Below are positions 51,876 to 60,241 of a stretch of 64,000 bases of DNA, in pieces. The position numbers and the translations under genes were made by a program. Where the stretch lies: the IMG/VR virus record IMGVR_UViG_2860823798_000002. One strand, 5' to 3'. Numbering within the stretch: position 1 is the stretch's first letter; every line of letters begins with the position of its first letter. The notes below the pieces were generated by a model that made no database searches, was not told the DNA's origin, and saw only the letters and a program-made list of their open reading frames with translations. Source of the DNA: an uncultured virus (IMG/VR IMGVR_UViG_2860823798_000002) (Duplodnaviria > Heunggongvirae > Uroviricota > Caudoviricetes).

Positions 51876-52536
51876 TGCGGAAGGGATATTGCGAAAGAGG
51901 AACATAAATAGAAAGGGACAGAAATGACTGTCTCTTTTTGGTTATCATGAAGTTAAATTTGAAATTAATGTTATCGTAATTGAATAAGAAAAGGGAAGAA
52001 AAGACAGTAGCTACGAGGAATTTATGTATTATCTATTTAGGGAAGAAGATGAGTGAATCGTAAAGCCCCTGATGTAGAAGAAAATGAGAGCAATTAGAGT
52101 GAGAAGGAGAGTGTATTAGAGAAAAACAAAGGGATGAAAAGTGTTGAGATGAAAGGGTTTTACGATAGCGAATACGATTGAAATAGACTGAATTCGAAAA
52201 ATAATCATGGTGTGGAAATGGAAGTGCTAGGGGAATATTCGTTCCCATTTTTGTTATTTTGGATGTTAATATACCCCCCCTATATAGCCTAATATATGGT
52301 ATTCATTTACGGTTATAAGGGTAGTTATAACTTGATTTATTGAATCTTGATTCAGAAAAACAGTGAGAACAATATAATATTAAAAAGTCAACCATTTCAA
52401 CAGAATTTTTAAAAATTGAAACTGTAATCAGATGAGGGAGCACACTCTTTTATTATAAAGAATCGTTTGAATAACAGCGGGCGGCGAGTCGAAGACTTAT
52501 TTTTATTTAACACACATGTATTATAATCCTTATACA

Positions 52537-52569
52537 AAAAGAGGATCAGCCCTTAAGCTGATCCTCTTT
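52537..52569 (-). terminator. intrinsic terminator
   Basis: AAAGAGGATCAGC-CCTTAA-GCTGATCCTCTTT. Confidence 0.75.
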
Positions 52570-52571
52570 AT

Positions 52572-53012
52572 TTATTCTATAGTTAACCATTGCGACCTAG
52601 CTTCATATAAATTATCTCCGTTTGATGATTTTTTCAAGCCTACATATACAATAGCATCAGTTTTTTCTTCCGGATGTATGATAGTTATAGATTTCAAAGG
52701 AGTAACGGAAGTAAACGAACCTGTTGGCAGGTTTTCACCCATTCCTATTGACCAATTTCCTTTCCAAGACAAAAACATTTCATAATAAATAGTCCCGCAT
52801 TTACCGTTCTGTTCGGCTTTCACATCAACTGTCTTAGCTCTAGATGAATAGTTCAAGGCATCAGTATAAACACGTACTTGACATCCTTGTTTAAATCCAT
52901 TAAAGCTCTGCCAATCTGACCAAGCCGCAGAAGCATTCTGGGGTGAGAACCCTAATAAGATCGCCATGCTCACACCGAACAACACACATAACTTTAATAC
53001 CTTTTTCATCAC
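52572..53012 (-). CDS. secreted hypothetical protein
   Basis: Signal peptide ending ASA-AWSDWQ. Confidence 0.75.
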   Translation of the reverse strand: MMKKVLKLCVLFGVSMAILLGFSPQNASAAWSDWQSFNGFKQGCQVRVYTDALNYSSRAKTVDVKAEQNGKCGTIYYEMFLSWKGNWSIGMGENLPTGSFTSVTPLKSITIIHPEEKTDAIVYVGLKKSSNGDNLYEARSQWLTIE

Positions 53013-53160
53013 TAAACCCTCTTCCTTTTTGATGGAATTTTATATAAATAATTCCATCTGATGAAATCATAGCCTAGCGCTTCTCTTAATTCAATGTGTC
53101 AATAGATTGGTATTTTATGTATGTCAAAGTCGAATAACAAAACAAATTAAAAGAAATATA

Positions 53161-53189
53161 TTGACTATTTTAGATAGCCGTGATACAAT
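53161..53189 (+). promoter_or_regulatory. sigmaA promoter
   Basis: TTGACT-N17-TACAAT with extended TG. Confidence 0.75.
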
Positions 53190-53231
53190 TTAAATATAGT
53201 TAAGCAATACATAACCGAAAGGGGAATTTGA

Positions 53232-53756
53232 ATGTACAATATTCCATGTAAGAAGTGCTGCGGCAAAGGTGTTATTCCTTATTTTAGACATGTGAACGGT
53301 GGTGAATGTTTTACGTGCAATGGGTCAGGGATCCAGGAAGTATCGAAAGATGAATATAGCACTCATTTAGAGAATGAAAAATTCCGAAAACAAATCGAAG
53401 AAAAAGGAAATTATGTGATATACAATACCGAAAATGATACAGTCGAGTATTTCAAAACAGAAAAAGATGCAGTCTCAGAATATGGGAATTTTTATTGTGG
53501 TTCATATGGTGGCTATTCTTGCCGGGTATTTTATAAACATAAACACATTAAAATGAATGTTAACAGAGGTGGAAATGACTTCATAAATGCTTGTCGACAA
53601 CAAACGTTAATTGATAAGCAAAACAAACAGAAAGAACGGATCAAAATCTTAAATGGATGGTTGAAAAAAGCGATTGAAAACAAAAAACATGCCGATGAAA
53701 TTCAAGAATTGAAAATCATGATCAAAGAAGCTGAACACAAGTTACAAAAGATTTAA
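53232..53756 (+). CDS. protein with N-terminal DnaJ-type Zn finger
   Basis: CKKCCGKG...CFTCNGSG. Confidence 0.75.
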   Translation: MYNIPCKKCCGKGVIPYFRHVNGGECFTCNGSGIQEVSKDEYSTHLENEKFRKQIEEKGNYVIYNTENDTVEYFKTEKDAVSEYGNFYCGSYGGYSCRVFYKHKHIKMNVNRGGNDFINACRQQTLIDKQNKQKERIKILNGWLKKAIENKKHADEIQELKIMIKEAEHKLQKI

Positions 53757-53775
53757 AAAACAAATTAAAAATACA

Positions 53776-53804
53776 AGACTCGGTTTTATAACTGAGTCTT
53801 TTTT
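53776..53804 (+). terminator. intrinsic terminator
   Basis: AAGACTCGG...CTGAGTCTT plus T run. Confidence 0.75.
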
Positions 53805-53999
53805 ATTTCCATTTTAACCACACTCACAGCCTCACAGACAAGCCTTAATTCATTCCTAGCATATTTATATTCATTACCGCTAATCCTTATCAGATCAAGC
53901 CAACCCACAAATAAAACCTCTTTCTAAACCCCGTTATTTACTTTTAATTTGTGTTTTAATATGATATAATTATAGGTATAGAAAGGAGGGGAAAACATT

Positions 54000-54182
54000 G
54001 TGTTTGATAGGGTAGGTGTTGTGTTGGCTATTGTCTTATCTCTTTCAACGCTGACAATCAATATACTAGCCATTATTGAGAAGTTAGCCGCAATAAGAAA
54101 TAAGACAAGCCATAGACAGCAAAGAAAAAAGCGTATACGAAAGCGAAACCGGGCAAGGCACCGCAGACGTACACGCCTATAA
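54000..54182 (+). CDS. yonT: type I toxin YonT-like
   Basis: N-terminal TM then Arg/Lys-rich tail KKRIRKR; GAAAGGAGG RBS; position. Confidence 0.85.
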   Translation: MFDRVGVVLAIVLSLSTLTINILAIIEKLAAIRNKTSHRQQRKKRIRKRNRARHRRRTRL

Positions 54183-54251
54183 CACAGCAGGCTAGAGGAG
54201 TAATCCTCTAGCTTCACCTACAGTATAACATAATAAAACACAATTTAAAAC

Positions 54252-54440
54252 ATGAAACGTATTCCTTTATGGGTTACTCATTTATTGTTTATTGTATGTT
54301 TCATTCTATTCCTGTTCAATAGGCAATACTTCAACAGCTCAACACAGATCATTGTTTATACAGTGTTTATAGTTACGCTCATAGTCATAGCTGTTTCATG
54401 GTTTATTTATTATACAGTCAACCGAAACCAGAAAAGATGA
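54252..54440 (+). CDS. small 2-TM protein, YoyJ-like
   Basis: Hydrophobic 62 aa directly after yonT. Confidence 0.55.
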   Translation: MKRIPLWVTHLLFIVCFILFLFNRQYFNSSTQIIVYTVFIVTLIVIAVSWFIYYTVNRNQKR

Positions 54441-54493
54441 GTGATGTTATTCGCTCATCATTACATAATATATAAATTAAAAGGAGATATTGG

Positions 54494-55369
54494 ATGAAAG
54501 GTGTGTACCAAATAACAAATAAAATAAACGGAAAGAAATATATAGGTAGTAGCTCAAATGTATTCAAAAGATGGGAACAGCATGTGACTGATCTGCATTA
54601 CGGGTTACATCATTCACACCTATTACAAAAAGATTGGAAAAAATACAGCTTGAATGATTTCACTTTTGAAGTATTGGAATATGTTGAGGACAAGAAAGAC
54701 TTATTAAAAATAGAACAAATGTGGATAGATGGGGAAGATGTATCTACCCTTTATAATGTGATGTTGGACACTTCATTAAAGAGAAAGTCAGCACCTGTAG
54801 ACTTTTTAAACAGTGTTTTCTTTTCTGACAGAATGGATGAAGAAATCAAAAATAAACTAATTAAAAATCTAAATATACACGAAAAGAAAGGCAATCTATC
54901 TAAATATGGTAATGGTAAATATGACTATTCTAAACTATGGTTCAATAAAAATAGTGAAGGGGTAAAAAGATTAAGGCTTAACATAAACAATTACTTTACG
55001 AATCAAATTAAAACTGTCCATAACGACAGGGCATGGACAACATTTACACAACAGTATAAAAGGTTATCTTATGTTGGTAATATCAAGTCTTTTGTCCCTT
55101 TGACAGATAAACTTGAAGAGGATGACAGACGTAATACTCTTTGTTTTGCGGCGAATTGTTTTCTGAATCCATTTTTGAAACGAAAATATGAAGAATTAAA
55201 AGATCTTACTGAAGAGACTTATGCGCTTTCGGTTTTACTTAAATGGATTGTAGATGTTTCAAATATAAATAAACCTATTCACATTTATGTTGCTTCAAAA
55301 AGAATGGAGGATATCCTAAAAGGTTGGATAAAACATAATAAAAAGGAGAGTCGTTATAGTGAAAGTTAA
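54494..55369 (+). CDS. GIY-YIG nuclease fused to a YonV-like C-terminal domain
   Basis: GVYQI...KYIGSS...RW..H...E; C-terminal ~170 aa align by eye to the downstream protein. Confidence 0.85.
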   Translation: MKGVYQITNKINGKKYIGSSSNVFKRWEQHVTDLHYGLHHSHLLQKDWKKYSLNDFTFEVLEYVEDKKDLLKIEQMWIDGEDVSTLYNVMLDTSLKRKSAPVDFLNSVFFSDRMDEEIKNKLIKNLNIHEKKGNLSKYGNGKYDYSKLWFNKNSEGVKRLRLNINNYFTNQIKTVHNDRAWTTFTQQYKRLSYVGNIKSFVPLTDKLEEDDRRNTLCFAANCFLNPFLKRKYEELKDLTEETYALSVLLKWIVDVSNINKPIHIYVASKRMEDILKGWIKHNKKESRYSES

Positions 55370-56588
55370 AGTAATTGATTCAATAATGGGAAGCGGCAAA
55401 ACAACGTATGTAATTAATATGATGAATAATTCTTCAGAAGATGAACACTTTATTTTTATTACGCCTTATCTTGATGAGGTGGCAAGAATAAAGAAATCAT
55501 GTACGAATAGAAAATTTTATGAACCTAAAGTTCACAGCGAGGAAGGGGAAACAGTATATAAACTTGATTCACTTCACAAATATTTAGCAGAAAACAGAGA
55601 TATTGTAACAACACACGCATTATTTAGCATGGCTAATGAAACAACAAAAGAACTTATTTATTCTGGTAACTATACACTAATCCTAGATGAAGCTATGGAG
55701 GTTGTAAAAAAATTAAACATATCAAAAGATGATTTAGATATGCTGTTTAAAAACAAATGGATTATAAATAATAACGGTCAAATTGTTTGGAATGCAGAAC
55801 ATGAAGAAAAGTTAAACAGGGAATACAAAGGAGAATTTCAAAACCTTAAACAATTAGCATTGAGCAGAAATTTAATTTTACATAACGACAGCGTTCTTTT
55901 TTGGCAATTTCCAGCCGATATCTTTAAACAGTTTAAACAGGTATATAATTTAACTTATTTGTTTGATGCCCAAATACAAAAATATTATTATGATCTGAAT
56001 AATATTCAATACAGTCTATACTCAGTAATTAACGATGGGAATGAATATAAACTAATTAACTATAATAAAGACAATGATAAGAAAATAAAAGCGGATCTAA
56101 AAGACAAAATAAAGATATATGAAGGGCAATTAAACAAAATAGGTGATGACAAATATGCATTATCTAAAAACTGGTTTGAAAGACGTTCAGTACTACATAA
56201 AAGACTTAAAAATAATATCTTAAATTATTATCAAAATATTATTAAATCAAAATCAAAAGATAATCTTTGGACAACATTCAAAACACATAAAAGCAAATTG
56301 AGCGGGAAGGGATACACAAAAGGCTTTTTACCTTGCAATACAAAGGCAACAAATGAATATAGCCACAAAAAGACATTAGTCTATTCAATAAACAGATTTG
56401 TCAATCCAGCTATTGACGATTATTTCAGATCAAAAGGAATATTAATTAACCAAGATATCTATGCGTTATCTGAGATGATTCAATGGATTTGGAGATCAGC
56501 TATACGAAACGGAGGAACAATAAATATATATGTTCCATCTGCAAGAATGAGGGGATTGTTAAAAAACTGGCTTGAAAACAAAATTTAA
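55359..56588 (+). CDS. yonV: helicase-like P-loop protein
   Basis: MGSGKTT, LILDEA, QWIWRSAIR; 409 aa. Confidence 0.8.
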   Translation: MKVKVIDSIMGSGKTTYVINMMNNSSEDEHFIFITPYLDEVARIKKSCTNRKFYEPKVHSEEGETVYKLDSLHKYLAENRDIVTTHALFSMANETTKELIYSGNYTLILDEAMEVVKKLNISKDDLDMLFKNKWIINNNGQIVWNAEHEEKLNREYKGEFQNLKQLALSRNLILHNDSVLFWQFPADIFKQFKQVYNLTYLFDAQIQKYYYDLNNIQYSLYSVINDGNEYKLINYNKDNDKKIKADLKDKIKIYEGQLNKIGDDKYALSKNWFERRSVLHKRLKNNILNYYQNIIKSKSKDNLWTTFKTHKSKLSGKGYTKGFLPCNTKATNEYSHKKTLVYSINRFVNPAIDDYFRSKGILINQDIYALSEMIQWIWRSAIRNGGTINIYVPSARMRGLLKNWLENKI

Positions 56589-56832
56589 AAGAAGGATATG
56601 AAAAAAAAAGCAATAAACCATTTTTAAAAAGCTTGATACACAAGGGGTTTTTAGGCTTGTCTCGTAAAACAAAGGATGTATATAAATTAAAAGAATAAAA
56701 AAAAGACCTTGGGATGCTGACAAACATTTAAAACAGCTTCGCCGTCTTAAATGTTTTGGTCTGCACCATCCCAAACCCTTCACAGACTTATAAATATAAT
56801 TAAATACAAATTAAAAATATTGATAAAAATAA

Positions 56833-56861
56833 TTGACTATTTAAAGTGGTCATAGTATAAT
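56833..56861 (+). promoter_or_regulatory. sigmaA promoter
   Basis: TTGACT-N17-TATAAT. Confidence 0.8.
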
Positions 56862-56942
56862 AAAAACATAAGGGAAAGCAATATTGGAAAACATTATAAA
56901 CAAATTAAAAGTTTACACATAAAAAAGAATGGAGCGGTTAAA

Positions 56943-57221
56943 ATGACAAAACAATATATGATTAAAGATCTTCAAACGGGAGACTTTTCACACCATACTA
57001 CGCTAAACGATATTTTTGAGGACTTGGCTCAAGATTATCTGTCTAATGATTGGACTGCTGAAGAAGCCGGGGAGCTCGAAACAAAATTTAAACAGTACAC
57101 AGAAGAGGAAAAAATAGATTTTGTCCAAGACGAGTATGAATATAAATTAATTGTATATCCTACTCCGCAACAGATAGCAGAATGGGAGGAGTTCACCGGG
57201 AGAAAATGGGAAGCAGTGTAG
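56943..57221 (+). CDS. hypothetical protein
   Basis: GGAG RBS, 92 aa acidic. Confidence 0.7.
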   Translation: MTKQYMIKDLQTGDFSHHTTLNDIFEDLAQDYLSNDWTAEEAGELETKFKQYTEEEKIDFVQDEYEYKLIVYPTPQQIAEWEEFTGRKWEAV

Positions 57222-57305
57222 AGAGTGATAACAGTTCTTTTGAAATCAGTGTAACAGAAGAATATTGCGAGTAAAGATATTTTAATAGATGGGAATGATT
57301 TAACA

Positions 57306-57509
57306 ATGACACACAATGAAAAATTACTAAACGCATTAATGCAGTTCAAAAATTCAGCATATGAAATTCGGGATCTTTGGGAGCAAGCTGACAGCATAAC
57401 AGATAGTAATCTTTGTGATGATTATCCATTTGATAACGATTTTTGTGAAGTTGTTGAAAAGATAGGCGACTGGGTAATGACACAAAAAAAATTATTAAAA
57501 CACCAATAA
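57306..57509 (+). CDS. hypothetical protein
   Basis: 67 aa, early-region orientation. Confidence 0.65.
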   Translation: MTHNEKLLNALMQFKNSAYEIRDLWEQADSITDSNLCDDYPFDNDFCEVVEKIGDWVMTQKKLLKHQ

Positions 57510-57549
57510 ACACAAATTAAAAGTTATTTCACGATTCAAAAAATGTTAT

Positions 57550-57616
57550 AACAGTCGTGGCGGCGACGTTAAATAGGCATTAAGCCGCCAGCGTTCCCCT
57601 TATTGGGGAGATTGCA
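57550..57616 (+). ncRNA. pistol self-cleaving ribozyme
   Basis: P1 GUCG/CGAC, loop UGGCGG pseudoknotting with CCGCCA, UUAAAUAG linker, UUAAG, GCG, P3 UUCCCC/GGGGAG, P2 GCA/UGC. Confidence 0.85.
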
Positions 57617-57681
57617 ACAGGAATAACTCTATATTATTTATCGCGATTAAAATACGAATTAAAAAGAAAAGGGATGATAAT

Positions 57682-57876
57682 ATGAATGAAATGGATTTAA
57701 TTCATGCGTTTAAATCAATGCTAATGGTAGCTAGAGAATACGAGCTAAAAATTGATGAGAAGTACGAAGAATTAGAAAATATCCTTTTAGAAGAGTATGA
57801 CTTAGAAGTGGTTCATACAGTGGATCATGACATGATGGATAGTATGGAAAACGTGTATCAACTGTTAAATAAATAA
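57682..57876 (+). CDS. hypothetical protein
   Basis: AAGGG RBS, 64 aa. Confidence 0.65.
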   Translation: MNEMDLIHAFKSMLMVAREYELKIDEKYEELENILLEEYDLEVVHTVDHDMMDSMENVYQLLNK

Positions 57877-57918
57877 AATGCATATTTTAATTAAAAGATC
57901 TCGAAGAGGGAATAGAAG

Positions 57919-58071
57919 ATGAACTGTTATTTACTTACTGGAGTTAAAGGCGACAAAATTATGTCGTGCCACGCTGATGATGAGAATAGTGCTCGGGCTT
58001 TTTTCAAAACATATCTACTCGAAAAGCATGGTATTAAGAGTTTAAGAGGGTTTAAAGTGATTGAAAGATAA
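57919..58071 (+). CDS. small hypothetical protein (50 aa, not in ORF track)
   Basis: GAGGG RBS; MNCYLLTGVKGDKIMSCH...VIER*. Confidence 0.5.
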   Translation: MNCYLLTGVKGDKIMSCHADDENSARAFFKTYLLEKHGIKSLRGFKVIER

Positions 58072-58137
58072 AGCAGATGTTTCATTCATATACATTTGAT
58101 TGTATAATATAGGAAAACTAAAGCAGAGGGATAGGTT

Positions 58138-58368
58138 ATGAAAATCATTAACTTTAAATTTAATGTTTCTTACTTTGAAATTTACGCGGAGTTTTCCAGT
58201 AAATCAGAATTTCATCAGTCAGACTATGATATACAGATGGATTTGCTAAAGATGACTAAAGCTATTCTAAAGGCTGCAGGCTATTCAAAATATTTAACAG
58301 TGGATACATATACAAAAGACATTGATCGAAATACTGTTTTCTGTTCTTACCAACTTCAAAACAGTTAA
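58138..58368 (+). CDS. hypothetical protein
   Basis: GAGGG RBS, 76 aa. Confidence 0.6.
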   Translation: MKIINFKFNVSYFEIYAEFSSKSEFHQSDYDIQMDLLKMTKAILKAAGYSKYLTVDTYTKDIDRNTVFCSYQLQNS

Positions 58369-58403
58369 AATAAATTCGGCACAAAAAACAGGGAGCTATA
58401 GGC

Positions 58404-58823
58404 ATGTATAAGATCAACATTAAAAAGCTGTATGATTTGATGAGTTTGAAATATGAAAATTGTACAATCTGGACGGAAGAGCCTATTTCTTTATCTTCAT
58501 TCGCAAATGAAGCAAAGAATCTTGTGCCATTAAGAGAGCCATACGGTCATTTAGATAATAAAGTTAATTGGGGAAAGAAAGAGCACCTTAGGAGGATTCT
58601 TTATTTTGTGGAAAATCCAAACGAAATCAAAGGCATACAATTAGACAATGAAATTTTTAATGACTACATACTTCCCAAGCCTATTGTAGTTGATGGAAAT
58701 CATAGAATGTTTGCCGCATTGCATTTAAATTTTAAATACGTTCATTGTAGATATGGAGGTAGAAAAGACGTTCTTGATTCCTTAACAGATAAATCGAATC
58801 CAAAACCGACGAACTGGAAATAG
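58404..58823 (+). CDS. ParB/Srx-like N-terminal domain protein
   Basis: PIVVDGNHRMFAA. Confidence 0.7.
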   Translation: MYKINIKKLYDLMSLKYENCTIWTEEPISLSSFANEAKNLVPLREPYGHLDNKVNWGKKEHLRRILYFVENPNEIKGIQLDNEIFNDYILPKPIVVDGNHRMFAALHLNFKYVHCRYGGRKDVLDSLTDKSNPKPTNWK

Positions 58824-58968
58824 AGGAGATAACTCAATAAAACATGAATTTTAAACTAATTAAAAATACAAAAGGGGACGATGAAATGAGTTCAAATAAA
58901 GAATTCGCTGAGATGGTTTACAGATTGAGTACAAAATAGAAAAGTCTAGACGATGGGAGGATTAACAC

Positions 58969-59151
58969 ATGATTATGTTTGTTTTACATCAAGATGGCTC
59001 AAATTTTTTTAATTTTGATATTGAGCCAAAGCAATTTGAAAAAGGTGAAATAATTAAACATGAAAGATTAAACGGTATTTATCAAGTTATTCATTGCGAT
59101 TTTGCAAGTGTCACGGTAAGGCCATTTAAACGTAAGGAGCAGATTAAATGA
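58969..59151 (+). CDS. hypothetical protein
   Basis: GGGAGG RBS. Confidence 0.6.
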   Translation: MIMFVLHQDGSNFFNFDIEPKQFEKGEIIKHERLNGIYQVIHCDFASVTVRPFKRKEQIK

Positions 59152-59360
59152 TTATACATAACTACCTTTTCCAAGTAACAAGAGAACAAATCAAATCAAT
59201 CTTACTTTCTCCAGAATCCTGTGATATGGTCAAAGAATGGGGAAACCAGGAGCAAGTACTTGATGAACTTACAGAGGGATATTTTAAGTTTAAAAAGGAA
59301 CATCACGGCAACATTAACGAATATATTTCTTGGCGTGTAGAGCCGCCTTATTTTCATTAA
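59148..59360 (+). CDS. hypothetical protein
   Basis: ATGA overlap, AAGGAG RBS. Confidence 0.6.
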   Translation: MIIHNYLFQVTREQIKSILLSPESCDMVKEWGNQEQVLDELTEGYFKFKKEHHGNINEYISWRVEPPYFH

Positions 59361-59383
59361 AACTAATTAAAAGGGTGATTGAA

Positions 59384-59611
59384 ATGGATGCAAAAGAGCT
59401 TAGAGATTACATGAATAACATCAGCACTAGCGAATTGGGGGACATGGCAAAAAAAGCGGCTCAAAGATTATTTAGTACTGTTGATACGACCAACGAAGAT
59501 AATCTAATTATTACAAGTGCAATTGCTAAAAAGGCATTTATTGATGTTTTTGAACTTGAGTACGAATTCCTCTTTGTAAAGGCAGAAACAGACGAAGACA
59601 AGTTTGAATAA
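59384..59611 (+). CDS. hypothetical protein
   Basis: MDAKEL start with AAGGGTG RBS. Confidence 0.6.
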   Translation: MDAKELRDYMNNISTSELGDMAKKAAQRLFSTVDTTNEDNLIITSAIAKKAFIDVFELEYEFLFVKAETDEDKFE

Positions 59612-59908
59612 AAACATTATTTTATGAAAAGTTTACTTCTGAAGAGAAGGGACATTGCTTTGTAAAGCATATAACAGCTCTTGTCTTTTGTTGCGGACAA
59701 ATTTTGATACACTAAGGGATTTTTAAGATGTTGCATAGCTCACTTAAAAATTAAAACAGTATAACAGCAGCGGTAAAAAGTTGCAGGCAATTTTTGCAGA
59801 AACGATATAACAGCCAACTTGAAAAATCGAGGGCATTTTCTGAAATAGGAAAATTCTGATTGACGTTTTAAAGTAGTCAAAGTAAAGTTGAATAAGAGGT
59901 GAGAAAAA

Positions 59909-60118
59909 ATGATTAGATCAAATTTAAAGGCTATTGCAGATGAGGCAGGAATTTCAATTTCTCGGTTAAGTACTGAAATAAATCATGGGAAAGAAACTGT
60001 TAGAAAAATGTACAACGATGACATGGAACGATACCCGCGGGAATTACTTGATAAGCTTTGTAAACATTTCAACTGTGAGCCAGGGGATTTAATTAAATTC
60101 GAAAAAGATGTCCTTTAA
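59909..60118 (+). CDS. Xre/Cro-like HTH regulator
   Basis: ISISRLS...ETVRKMYN...[16 protein letters not shown]. Confidence 0.88.
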   Translation: MIRSNLKAIADEAGISISRLSTEINHGKETVRKMYNDDMERYPRELLDKLCKHFNCEPGDLIKFEKDVL

Positions 60119-60241
60119 TAAGTGAATTATATTTGAAAATGTGGTTGATCGACTTGAAAGTCTAGATAGTTAATTATGTAAAAAATGTTAAAAAAACCAT
60201 ACCAAAGGTTTTTTAAATTAAGGATTGTTGGGGGTTTTTTG

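Noticed and set aside
53924..54217. 97-aa minus-strand ORF
   Set aside because: Antisense shadow of yonT, which has the RBS and family features
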